Shown piece by piece: positions 1 through 12,311 of a stretch of 64,000 nucleotides of DNA (its first letter is position 1; the number at the start of each line of letters is the position of its first letter). The stretch spans positions 555,157,831 through 555,221,830 of the forward strand of contig NC_058131.1 in the NCBI RefSeq assembly GCF_016433145.1, given 5' to 3'. The position numbers and the translations under genes were made by a program. The notes below the pieces were generated by a model. The model searched no databases. It was not told the DNA's origin and worked only from the letters and a program-made list of their open reading frames with translations. The DNA comes from Gracilinanus agilis (taxonomy: Eukaryota).

Positions 1-1080
1 AAAATTTAACAACCTGCTCAGTCCGACAGGAAGTAGTTCTAGCACATCCCCTATTTTTAGCTATAACATTCTATGTTTCTATGACCAAGAAGATCTGATG
101 TGTTGCCTCTCCCAGAATTTCAAAATTAGGAGGAATGTCAGTTCAATCTATACCTGGTCAAAGCAATCCTGACTTGTACTTTGGAGATTTATTTTTAATC
201 CAATTATAGGACTTTTCTACAGTATTTTATTTTTCTTTATTTTCTACATTTTTAAATTTATTTTTTATTTTCTACATTAGTTTCTGCATTCATTTATTTT
301 CTGCATTACTTTTGCCTACATTATTTTCTACATTAATTTACATAATTATAATAGCACGATTCTATAATATAATTGTAATAAAAATAAATATAACTTTTAA
401 AAATTATATCTTTTTAAACTCAGTCCATCATTTTAGACTTTTGAGCTTATTTTGGATTCTATTACTCAACAAATTAGCTATTTCTCCCAGGTTTGGGCCA
501 GTCACGTATTTGATAAATATTCCTTTTATGTCTTCAAGACATTAATAAAAATGTTGACCCTAGTAAGGCTGAGGTCAGATCCTGGAGGCATTCCAATAGA
601 GGCCAATTCCAATATTGTGCCATTGATGATGGCACATTATTCTTTGGGTCTAGTCATTCCAGCTGTTTTAAGTCCACATAATTACACTATTGTCTTTCCC
701 ACAGTTCTCTATCTTGCCCACTCAGAAGACAAGAAAGCTTATCAAATGATTTGCTGAAATCTAAACATCTAAAGGTCCCCTTTAACTTTATCTATCATTC
801 TAGTAACCTCTTTAAAAAGGGGAAAATAGTTCTTGGTCTTTGTAGTTCTCAGACCAACCTTAATTAATGGATTCTAGAATTTTGCTAAGAATTAAAGTTT
901 GTTAACTTGCATAGTTTGTAGGGTTCAACTCTTCCTTTTGTTTGGGAGGAAGGAGATCAAAAAACAAAACAAAACAGGTGACAACCTAGTTTTATGAAAT
1001 CCTCAGACACCCCTGGATCACCCTAGGTAGGATTAGTAGGTTTGTCCTAGACTGAACAACAACAACAAAAAAAAACACCT

Positions 1081-1500
1081 TCAAGTACTCTAAAATCTCA
1101 CCCTACATGGGATTAGTAGAAGTAATCAAATCTGAAGTACCCTTTTGTCTTAGAAATTTCTCCTACAAATCTAGGCATCTCCCAAGTAGTCCAGCCCCAG
1201 GCCCGAATTCCCCTTCCCTTGCCTCCTTATAATCCAATGAGTCTCCTTCCTCTTCCTCTCTAAAGGGTAAATAAGACTCTAAGTTCTTCAGTTCTATGGA
1301 AAATCCCACAATGAAGATTCCCATTCCTAGTGCATTTTCCCAGAGGCACTGTTCACAGTCTCAGAGTTTGGCTTGCTGTGGTATTGGTGTTCTGTGTGAG
1401 CATGACTCTGTATGGTGGTTATAAGAACATTGTCTCCCTTGCCCTGATTAAAGGCTTTTTCTTTTGTAACTACTTTAATAGTGTGTTTTTCCATTCCCAT
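1081..1500 (+). mobile_element. Old solo LTR-like element (family A)
   Basis: CCAAT, TATA-like GGGTAAATAA and ATTAAA occur in LTR order. Alignable along its length to the reverse complement of 15845-16262. Confidence 0.6.
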
Positions 1501-2160
1501 TCTCCAAGATCTTTCAGAGACCAGAACTGTACTTTAGCAATCATACCCACAAATTTTTAAAATACTCTAAGATATAATTTATGCTTCAATTCATTTGAGA
1601 ATATCTAGCTATACTTTTAAAATCCCCTTATTTATCGGTTTGTGTTTGTATTTTAATAGGGGCTTCATATCTTAACTCAAAGAAATTAATTTCTGATTAT
1701 GGAAATTTAGAAACTAATCCACCTGAGAAGTCATTATTTTGAGGGCCAGGAATACTTTTTCCAGGGGTAATGAAGCTATTCCATATAGAACAATTTATAC
1801 TATGATAACATTATAAAGAAAAATAATTCTGAAATACTTGAGAACTCTGATCAATGAAATGACAAATTTCAGCGTATAAAAGGTAAAGCATGTTGCCTGA
1901 TAGCCCAGAATCCCAGTGGACTCAAAATATAGAATGAGACATATTTTTAGATTTGGTCAAAGAGAAAATTTACTTTGCTTTACTATGAATATTTGTTATG
2001 AGGGCTTTCTTTTCTTCTTGTTCTTCAATTAGAGAGGTAAAGGGAGATATGGGCAAGAGAGGGACATGCTTGTTAATTAGAAAAAATAATAAAGTTAAAC
2101 TTTAAAAATAATTTAAAATGACAAGTGAACAAAAGGACATATTCATCATCATTGTCTTTA

Positions 2161-2367
2161 TTTTTATTTTTTTTAAACCTTTTACCTTCTGCCTTAGATA
2201 TCTTGGAATCATATCACTTCCAAGACAGAAGATCAGTAAGGGCTAGGCAACTGGGGTTAAATGACTTACCCAAGGTCACAAAGCTAGGCAGTGTCTGAGA
2301 TTAGATTTGAACCCAGGATCTCCCATCTCTGTCTGGCAATCCATCCACTGAGCCATCTAGCTGTGCC
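2161..2367 (-). mobile_element. Mar1-like CORE-SINE
   Basis: Reverse complement of the tRNA-like head, core and AAGGTAAAAGGTTTAAAA-type tail. Confidence 0.85.
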
Positions 2368-3829
2368 TATTATCATTATCTTTAAAAATAGACCATTGAA
2401 GGGTGCAATTAGGCGAGCTCAGTAGATTGAAAGCCAGGCCCGGAAATGAGAGGTCCTGGGTTCAAATGTGGCCTCATACTTCCTAGCTGCGTGACCCTGA
2501 GCAAGTCACTACCTTTTTTATTCTTGGGTGGTGGCTATAAATAGTTAACTAAAGGAAATTCCTCTCTAAAATAAAGAATTTGGATGCAGGATATATTCTG
2601 TTTAAATCACAGCTAAATGGGAATATATTCCTTTTCATCACAGTGCACCCCCTCTCCTTTGATCAGCTAATTAGATTTAATATAGATTAACTACAGGTGG
2701 ATAGGATAGGGATAGAAGAAAAAGAAAGGCAAAAATGGCTGTGAATAGGAGCACTAGATCTGGCCAGAATTCAGAAATGCTACATGAAAATTTTTCATAG
2801 CTATGGATACTGCTATTATATTTTTTATATCATCATTATTGAGTGCATTGTTTTGGTTTTTCTTCCAGCGGGACAAAAGATAACCAGACAGCTGCTGCAG
2901 ATTTCCTTCCCAAGTAATCCAAAGCCATCTGTCACAAGAGGCTACATGCCAATTCTTCCAAGATTCAAATTTTTCTTATGTGGGCAAAAAATGAGGAACT
3001 GAGAATTTTGCTACTTTCCTTTAAACAGACCCACATTAAGAATTCACCTGAGAATTATTTTTCTAAGAGAAGATCAAGAGATTGACTAGCCTAGCTGGGA
3101 TAGCCTTCATCAGTGTGCTTTGCATTGATGAAGAGCTGCTCACTCAGAGAATGGAGGAGGAAAATACATATGTCCCTGATCTGGTTAAATTCACATTTTT
3201 TAGCTTCCTTGGGTGACTGCAGGGATGCTACCCATGTTGGTGGTGTTACCCAACATGCCAACTTTCTCCTTCTCAAAGTGCTTCTCAGAGGGTCTTTTCT
3301 CCTGGAATGAAATCGTCTCATTACAAATGATTAAATTGGTTTTCATAAATTAGTCTCATATGATTTTAAGCAACAGAGGTCATCCTCTGTAGGGTCTAAA
3401 CTTAGAGGTGGCCCCAGACTGACAGAACAGACAGCTAGAAGTTCAGGTTGAATGAAGGAACAAAGAATCTTCTACTACACTGGTCAAAAGCTACACAGGA
3501 GGAAAATGGAAAATTCAAATACAGGCATGCAAATTAGAACTTACAGCAGGTGTTTGTTCTGAAATCTCTGTTCAGTTATTTCTTCTGGTTTCTTACAGTC
3601 ATCCAGTCTCAAGTAGAGGTTTTTTTGTCTGCCGGGCACTTGAAGAGGTGATCTGAGCTAGTCTCATTTAAGCACATTAAAAATTAACTCTTTGAGGATC
3701 ACAATGGGGAGACTACTTTATATAATATATAGATGAAAAGAAAATCTGAAAAAGCTTCTGGATTTATTGATAAAGCTATGTAATTTTCAAAAATATGTTA
3801 ATATTTTATTTAAAGTCTCTAGAGTTATA

Positions 3830-4490
3830 AGGTACCATTGTGTAACATCATTTCATTTGACCACGTCTAACCTGGACTATTGAAATAGTCCCTGAATTGG
3901 TCTCTCTACCTCAGTTTTTTTCTATGCCTATCCTCCTTCACACAGCTGCCAAAGCAATTTTTCTAGTCATTTTCAAGACCCTCAATGAAACTCTTTTGTT
4001 GTTATTCATTCAATTCAATTGTGTCCAAGTCTTTGTGACTTCATTTGGGGTTTTCTTGGCAAAGATACTGGAATGAATTTGCCATAGTTTTTCTCCAGTT
4101 CATTTTACAGATGAGGAACTGAGGCAAACAGGGTTAAGTGATTTGCCCAGGATCATGCAGTAGTTAATGTCTGAGGCCAGATCTGAACTCAAGAGATGAA
4201 TTTTCCAGACTCTGAGTCTGGCACTTTATCCATTGAGCCACTGTCCTCAGTAAACTCTAATGATTCTCTATTGCCTTCTAAGATAAAATATAACTCCTCT
4301 GTTTTACTTTTAAAGCTCTTTAAAACATAGCCTTAAACTACCTTTCTAGCTTCATCATATTTCTTCCCTTCACTCCCACCATGGTCTAGTTAAATTGGCT
4401 TTCTGTCTATTCCATCTACATGACATTCCTTCTCCCTTCTCTGCACCTTGTAGAATCCCTTATTTCCTTCATAACTCCTCTCAAGCCTTT
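3830..4490 (+). mobile_element. L2 3' remnant interrupted by a minus-strand CORE-SINE with RTE-type tail (3995-4243)
   Basis: L2-like CTGGACTATTGAAATAG and CACACAGCTGCCAAAG. SINE tail TTGGGGTTTTCTTGGCAAAGATACTGGA. Confidence 0.7.
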
Positions 4491-4494
4491 TTCT

Positions 4495-4558
4495 CTTCCT
4501 TCCTTCCTTCCTTCCTTCCTTCCTTCCTTCCTTCCTTCCTTCCTTCCTTCCTTCCTTC
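4495..4558. repeat. (TTCC)n microsatellite running into an assembly gap
   Basis: Perfect tetranucleotide run. Confidence 0.99.
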
Positions 4559-5073
4559 NNNNNNNNNNNNNNNNNNNNNNNNNNNNNNNNNNNNNNNNNN
4601 NNNNNNNNNNNNNNNNNNNNNNNNNNNNNNNNNNNNNNNNNNNNNNNNNNNNNNNNNNNNNNNNNNNNNNNNNNNNNNNNNNNNNNNNNNNNNNNNNNNN
4701 NNNNNNNNNNNNNNNNNNNNNNNNNNNNNNNNNNNNNNNNNNNNNNNNNNNNNNNNNNNNNNNNNNNNNNNNNNNNNNNNNNNNNNNNNNNNNNNNNNNN
4801 NNNNNNNNNNNNNNNNNNNNNNNNNNNNNNNNNNNNNNNNNNNNNNNNNNNNNNNNNNNNNNNNNNNNNNNNNNNNNNNNNNNNNNNNNNNNNNNNNNNN
4901 NNNNNNNNNNNNNNNNNNNNNNNNNNNNNNNNNNNNNNNNNNNNNNNNNNNNNNNNNNNNNNNNNNNNNNNNNNNNNNNNNNNNNNNNNNNNNNNNNNNN
5001 NNNNNNNNNNNNNNNNNNNNNNNNNNNNNNNNNNNNNNNNNNNNNNNNNNNNNNNNNNNNNNNNNNNNNNNNN
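4559..5073. other. Assembly gap (N run)
   Basis: 515 Ns. Confidence 1.
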
Positions 5074-5678
5074 CATATTGTCTCCCTCCCCCATTCCAGA
5101 GTTGACAAGCAATTCCATTGAGTTACACAAGTATTATCACTCAAAGCCCATTTCCATATTATTCATTTTTGTAATAGAGTAATTTTTAAAAACCCAAACC
5201 CCACATCCTATAGCTATAAAAACAAGTAATAAATCATATTTTTTCTTCTGCATTTCTATTCCCACAGTTCTTTCTCTAGATGTAGATAGCATTCTTTCTC
5301 ATAAGTTCCTCGGAATCGTCTTGGATCATTGCATTGATATTAGTAGCAAAGTCTATTAGATTTGATTGTCTCACAATACTTCAATTACCATGTATAATGT
5401 TCTCCTGGTTCTGCTTATTTCACTCTGCATCAGTTCACATAGATCTTTCCAGCTCTTTCTGAAATCATCCTGCTGCCAATCTTTATAACATAGTAGTATT
5501 CCATCACCATCATATACCATAATTTGTTCAACCATTCCCTAATTAAGGGACACTCCATCATTTTCCAATTTTTTTGCCACCACAAAAAGCACAGCTATAA
5601 ATATTTTTGTACAAACAGAACCTTTCCTATTTTTTTTATCTCTTTGGGATACAAACTTAGTAGTGGTATTGTCAAGTC
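5074..5678 (-). mobile_element. L1 3' end (ORF2 tail and 3'UTR)
   Basis: Typical marsupial L1 3' sequence on the minus strand (GTTCTCCTGGTTCTGCTTATTTCACTCTGCATCAGTTC). Truncated by the gap. Confidence 0.9.
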
Positions 5679-5882
5679 CTACTTTCTATATTATTCCTTT
5701 CCCATCTCTCCAGCACCTAGTGCCCTCCCTCCCCAAACTACCTGGTATTTATTTTACATAAATATTATATGTATATGTTATTTTCCCTAATAAATTCCTT
5801 GAGAGCAGGGACTTTTCTGTTTTTGTCTTTGTATTCCTAGCACAGCACCTGGAACACAGTAGGGTCTTAATAAGGTCTTGTT

Positions 5883-6075
5883 GGGACAGCTAGGTAGGAT
5901 TGAGCACTAAGCAGCCTTGAGTCAGAAGGACCTGGGTTCAAAAAGCTTTGAATCTGGCCTTAGACACTTCCTAGATAGGTGACTCTGGGCAAATCACTTA
6001 ACCCTGATTGCCTAGCCCATGCCCTTCTGTCTTTGAGCTGACACTTAGAAGGTAAAGGTTTTTAAAAAAAATAAA
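5883..6075 (+). mobile_element. Mar1-like CORE-SINE
   Basis: GGGACAGCTAGGT head, GGGTTCAAA B-box, A-rich tail. Confidence 0.85.
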
Positions 6076-6725
6076 AATAAAGTCTTGTTAATTGATTGAG
6101 TCTCAAAACAACCCTATGTAAGTAAGATAAAAACTAAAATTCCTATTCTATAAATGAGGAAATTAAAGTGAAGACAGGTGCTGACTTGTCTAGGGTCACA
6201 TAACTCCTGGACTCTTAACCCTTTTCTTAAAGCAAGTCTAATGTTGTTGTTTTTTTCCACTCTGCCATGCTGAAATAGGTTCCGATATTTTTCCCTAAGA
6301 GGATTTCTAGGTCCTTAAAGTTTCTACAAAGGTGACTCTATGGCTTTGGTAGAAATGATGTGTTCACAAATATTAGTCTTGACATGACTCTTGCATGTTT
6401 GTGCAGGGCCAAAAATAGAGATTAACATATGGGTTACCTCTGCCACAAAGCTCCCAAAGAAATGAATGAAGGGTAAGGTTGAGATCAACATACAGATTTC
6501 ATATCCCCCGTATTACATATTATGGGGAACATGCAATCTGTTGCCTTCTGTTCAAATGGAGCAACATTTCATGTTAAATCAGTGCAGAGGGAAAACCTTA
6601 TTTTTAAAAATTGGCTATTGAATTGAAATCAAAAACAGGTTTTCAAGGTTACTGGTCTACCTACTTTGATCTATTATGTTTACCAAAAAAAAGGCTGGGC
6701 ATAAGGGACAGCTAGGTAGTACAGT

Positions 6726-7406
6726 TGTGAAGAGTGAATCAAACTTTCTTTGTCTACCAATCAGCAACTTTTAACTTAATCAAAAACTTAAGCTCCCCTA
6801 CTTAACACCAAGCAAGAGAATTCATTAGTCATTTACTAGGGTAAGCTCACATCTCCAAAGACTACTGCCAACCCCCTTGGGCAGTGCTAGGTACATTGAA
6901 AGTCTGCAATTGGTTCCCGTAAAGTGGAGGAAGTAACAGGAAGCAACATGGAAAAAGGACTATAAAAAGTCCTAAACTTCCTGTCTAGGGACCTTCTCCT
7001 AGGGACTTCTTTGGAAGTTGGTTTCAGTGACTCTGTGTCAGTGAGCTGGCTGAGTAGCTGGCCTACCTTTCCTGGCTTCTGGAGAGATTGGTTCTGGAGA
7101 GGCCTTCCTTTCCTGGAGGAGGCTGCGTTGGTGGAACCCTTGCCGAAGACACCATCAGGTCCTCTGGCTGAAGGTTACTGAGTCCTTTTGGGGCTGAGCC
7201 CAACACCAGAGCAACACTTAGGGTGATAGGCTAGACATTTCTCTACCCTCTTCTAACATTTTTCCACTTTCACTCTTTCCACCTCTTTGAAAATAAAGCT
7301 ACTAAAAGTAATTTTTACTTAAGCTATAATATTTTTAAATTGGTGACTACAATATTACTTTAGAACTTTCATATTAGCATAAAAACCTACATTTTAAATT
7401 CTTACA
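6726..7406 (+). mobile_element. Solo ERV LTR (family B) inserted in a CORE-SINE
   Basis: TGTGAAG...CTTACA termini, 4-bp TSD CAGT, TATAAA at 6961, AATAAA at 7292. SINE halves at 6705-6725 and 7407-7520. Confidence 0.9.
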
Positions 7407-7834
7407 CAGTGGATAGAGAGCCAGGCTGGAGTTCTGTGGTCCTGGGTTCAAATATGACCTCACACACTACCTAGCTGTGTGGCCCTAGGCAAGTCATTTA
7501 GACCTGATTGCCTAGGGGGCAAAAAAGGCCTATTATAGATGAAGAGGCTGGGGGTGGGGGGGTGGTAAGGATGGAGGAGAAGAAAGACCTAAAGAAAAGA
7601 ATTCTCTTCCCTCTTCATACTCTTCAGTAAACAAAGGAGGGTGCAAAAAAAGAGAATATGGTACATGTTTGACAGCACAGATATTTTCTGCTCTTGTTAT
7701 AGGAAGTTTGCATATTCAGTACCCTTTGCAGAAGCTCTCCTTCCCTTTGCTTTGTAAAAATCTTCTTTCCCTTTTATATCTCTCTTCCCACTCCTCTGCC
7801 AAACAATGGCACCATCTCTCCTGAGGGTCTACAT

Positions 7835-7998
7835 CAGGGGTTGCAACCTTTTTGGCCCTGAGAGCCATAAACGCCACATTTTTTAAAATGTAATTTCGTG
7901 AGAGCCGTACAGTGCTCACAGTGCGCTCCTGTAACAGCGCCTGAAAAAAAATTGACTTTATGGCTCCTGCAGAAAGAGCCATATGTTGCTGACCCCTG
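7835..7998. mobile_element. Young non-autonomous hAT DNA transposon (MITE), OposCharlie/OC1-like
   Basis: TIRs CAGGGGTTGCAAC / GTTGCTGACCCCTG. Duplicated target TCTACAT (7828-7834 and 7999-8005). Five intact CpGs. Family name recalled, not searched. Confidence 0.85.
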
Positions 7999-8667
7999 TC
8001 TACATAGTTGATCTCCTTTCAGGTCCTGGACCATGTCTCCGTATCTGACTTTGTTGGTCTGTACCTGTTTCAGTCTATGTCTCCCTTGTTGAGGCTCTGG
8101 ACATGTGTGCTTTCATAGATTTTTCTCCAGGCAACTGGGTCTTGTTTATATGTAGACACTCTGCAGCTGATTCTTTTCTTCTAAAGACTGGACACAATGG
8201 GCAACTCTGGTGAGTCTGATCCTCCCTGATGTTGCAACTCCAACCAAAGTTATGGAATTAAGTCAATGTCAGAGTAATGGGCCATGTCTAGAAGAGCACA
8301 GTTCAAGGTAAGTTTATAATTTGTCAAGGGATTTATCAAGGGAATTTAGCAACTTGTTGAAGAGAAAGGAGTGGTAAATAGAAATAACACTTTCTTAGAG
8401 TGGGGGAAACTATTTGGAGGAAAGTGTTTTGAAAACCTTAAAAGTTATATGTAAATGAGAGCTATCATTGTTACAAATGTGACATCTTGTTAGAAGCATT
8501 TGCATTTAAAATTTTAATTTTGTTCTGATTACAGAATGAAAAGCTTTATTCTTAAAGAAATTTCCAAGATAAACCAGAAAGGAATCCAGAAACTATAGGT
8601 CCTTGCTACTGTTTTTTTGTTGTTTTTTTTCCTTTTAAGCAAGCTCAAGAGGAATGTGTGTGAGTAT

Positions 8668-8669
<2 letters not shown>

Positions 8670-8708
<39 letters not shown>
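8670..8708. repeat. (GT)n microsatellite
   Basis: Direct observation. Confidence 0.98.
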
Positions 8709-8710
<2 letters not shown>

Positions 8711-9129
8711 GGAGTGTGGAAGGGAAGGGGAAGTCTTGTTTTATTTTTTCCTTGAAATTGTATCATACAGAAAGCTCTATTTCATCGGCTTTAGAATGAC
8801 AAGAATTGAGTTATAGTTACTCCTATGATTGACTTTGTGAACTGAGGAATCTCAATAGGAATCAGTAACCTATGTCTAGTCTAGTCTTAAGATTTTCCTA
8901 TTACAAGTGACAATTTTAGTCTCAAAAAAGATAATCCCATAATAAGTATAGTGTGTAAGATTAAAGGATTAAATCATATACTATGAAATCATATATATAG
9001 TGCAGAATTTAACACTTGCTATGTTTCCAATTTTCCAGAGATATATAGATTCAAACAAATTAGAAGATAAATATTCTGTTAGTCTAGCTCTGAAATTCAT
9101 GGCACATCCACTTAAACCTTTCCTTTTCT

Positions 9130-9325
9130 GGGGCAGCTTTGTGGCTCAGTGGATTGAGAGCCAGGCCTAGATACAGGAGGTCCTAGGTTCAAATCTGACC
9201 TCAGATACTTCCTAATTGTAAGACCCTGGGCAAGTCACTTAACCCCTATTCTCTAGCTCTTACCCCTCTTCTGCCTTGGAAAACAGTATTGACTCCAAGA
9301 TGGAAGATAAGGTTTAAAAAAAAAA
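9130..9325 (+). mobile_element. Mar1-like CORE-SINE
   Basis: Full length, with TSD-like CCTTTCCTTTTC on both sides. Confidence 0.9.
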
Positions 9326-10297
9326 ACCCTTTCCTTTTCCTTTTAGATTTCTATTGTCTCCTAGGCTCTCAGGTGTAAGAAAAAGACCCATTCTGACATA
9401 CCTATTTATTCCTCCTCCCTGACTCTTATAATCTTAGTATCCCCAGTTCTTGATTACTACCATGGATTTCACTGATAGACTGAAGAACCTAAGATATTGG
9501 GCAGAGATTTTTTTCCTTTTGTTCCATTTATGTTTATTCTGCATATAATCATGTACTTTTCTGCCCTGTTAGAAAATAAACTTGTGGTGAATAGGGATCC
9601 TTCAGTTCTCTGTATCCTCAATAATCTAGTGCAGTTCCTGGTATACAGGAGGCACTTAATACATGCTTGTTGATTGACATTCTATCCTTTTTGACCAAAT
9701 AAGAATGTTGGTTGTAGTTTGGGGGGTGGGAAGAGTGTGTTCAAGCAAACAATTGATATTTATTAATCATTATGTCCCAGTCTCTGTGTTAGAAGTTGGA
9801 AATTCAAAGAATTGAAAGATTCCTAGTCACAACAGTTATTTTCTAATAGGGCAGACAATAAATACATATAACTACAAAGAAAGGAACAATCCCTACTCAC
9901 AATGAGTTCATATACTAATGGGAGAGACCCTGAGTACTTATATAAATATATATACAGTATAAACATAAAGTCAATAAGTCCAAACAAATTTATGCAAAAT
10001 CATTAACTGAAAGATATTTGGGAAGAGAGGGCAATAGCAGTTGATGGCATCAGGAAAGGCTTCATAATGAGCTATATCTTCAAGTGATAAGGGCTGATTC
10101 TAGGGGCCCCATGAGTTCTTGGAGAGAGCTGTTTGTAAGCTCAGGTAGGCCACAAAGCATTGTGGATACCTGGGGATCAAATTTCACAGCTTCTCCTATT
10201 CAGCAGGAGTAGCTATCTTTGAGGCTTGCAGCTTGAGTCTATGGTTAGTGAAAACAGGCAGGCTTAAAGAAACTGAGACACAAAACCAAAGAGCAAC

Positions 10298-10303
<6 letters not shown>

Positions 10304-10351
<48 letters not shown>
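10304..10351. repeat. (ACAG)n microsatellite
   Basis: Direct observation. Confidence 0.98.
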
Positions 10352-10352
<1 letters not shown>

Positions 10353-12311
10353 GGCAGAAAGAAACTTTCAGAGGCAGTTGGAATGGGATTACCTAGGGAA
10401 GCCCTTGTCATGTAGTCACAAGGAACTCAGTTTATGGGTGGATCACAGCCTATATTTCTACAAAATTTCTACAGAATTTCCATACTGAGAACAAAGAACA
10501 TATATTCAGCCAAAGATTACATGTTAAAAGTATTCACTGCTACTTGGAAGAATCATCAAGGAAATCAGTCATCAAGGAAAGAATAAAATGCACATTTTCT
10601 ATATGTCAATTGAGAGTATTCAAGCCTTATCAAAGTGTGCAGGCTAGTTAAAGGTACACAGCTGCATAAGGGAGTAAATACATTCAACAACATTAATCTA
10701 CAAGGTTTCTCTTTGGTGAGCTATCCGTGACATGACAGAGCAGAGAAGGCCACTCTGTCCTTGTGGACCTAACTCAAGGTTTGTTATAACTAGTCAGGAA
10801 TTTCCTGGGAGTAGAATTTGAATAGGATGCATTGAAAAAAATATGAAGATCCTTCTATCCAAGATAAAGCTTTAAGGTTATGGTAAATCTGGTCAATAAT
10901 ATTTCAGCCCATCAGGAATGTTTTAAGCCAATTAATTAGAAAAACCAAATGTCTATGACATGATTTGTGGACCTCCAGGTTCACGACTCTGTCCTTGCCA
11001 GGAGTCTGGAGTAGGTTTTACAAAGCATGTCTCTTTCTGCCTCAGTGGGCCTGGGGAAATCCTCATGGATCTATCAATCAAGGAAGAAGGACTCTGAAGT
11101 AGAGGTAAGGACAAGGTATATTCCAGAAACTGGCAATTGCCTGTACAAAGGTGAATGTTGTGAGGGAGGACAAGAGAGATCACTTTTGCTGGATTGCAGA
11201 GTATGGGAAGAAGAGTGATATCCAGTGAGGCTGGAAAGAGGTTGAAGCCAGGGTGTGCCTGGCTTTAAAAGCTCTCCAGAAGACATAAATTAGGAAACCA
11301 ACAATAATTTGAAAAAGCAGGAGGAGAATGCTATTTTTTTTTTTTAAATTTCAAGTGTTTACCAATAAGGCCAGCCTGAATCATGATAGTAAACACCAAA
11401 AGGATGTGGCCTTAATGGTGAATTGTAAGACTTGTCAACTAAAAACCATTTCATAAGTAGTTCAGAACGAGAGAACAGAGGGAGAGCGATTAGCTTAATG
11501 AAAACCTACTAGAGGATGAAACCTTGTACTTCAGAGCCAGAAGGATAACAGATGGCAACCGCATTAAAGAGGATTTAATATACAAGAAACCAGATTTAGG
11601 CTATTTCTGGGTGGAAAGAGGGAGAAGAAAAGAAAAGAAAAAGATGGATGAAGAGTTGAAAGAATGAAAAGCAAGCAGCAGAAGAAAAATGCAAGAAAAA
11701 ATGGGAAGCATCTTAATAAGGACTTAGGTTCTATGCTTACTATCCCGACCTTTCTTTAAAATGGCAGAATTTTTAAATTATGTTTTCTTAAGCTACATTA
11801 TGATAATAGTTGCAAGTGAGTGACTATGTCTGGCAGAATTCAAACAGTGAGGTTACAGCATCCTTATACTTTGTTGGAACACTTATAAGTGATAACTCTG
11901 TATTGAATTTTTCAGTATGTCATGAACTTTAAGCTCATGAACTTTGACTGTATATTTCCAATTAATGCAAATGTAAAAAATCTATATTACCACATACAGG
12001 AATGCTAAGAACAGTAAAATACTTTAATTTTTGAGAAAGAAGATATTATTTTAGTGTGATTAATTCTCCATATGTAACCTTGAATAAATGGATTTCTTGG
12101 CTTATAGAAACAGATATTGGAAATGGTCTTAAAATGTAATGGATTTTGTAAAGCATTTTGAACTCTTTCTGTGACACATGAAGAGGAAAGCATTGATGGA
12201 GGCACAAATTCTATTCTCCCTATAATGTCAGATAATTTGAAGGACAGAAGAATGTTTATAATTACTGTAGCCTATCAAATAAACTATTTTCTCTAAAAAT
12301 AAAATAAAATA

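Noticed and set aside
4390-5144. Long ORFs spanning N runs (also 28262-29103)
   Set aside because: Artefacts of gaps and the (TTCC)n repeat.
8041-8300. Short resemblances to the RPGRIP1 N-terminus on the minus strand (DIDLIP, REDQ)
   Set aside because: Only 4-6 residues, in different frames, interrupted by stops, and without matching splice sites.
8617-10415. ORFs with CVCVCV, RQTDRQTD or SVCLSVCL repeats (also 45184 and 53776)
   Set aside because: These are translations of microsatellites.
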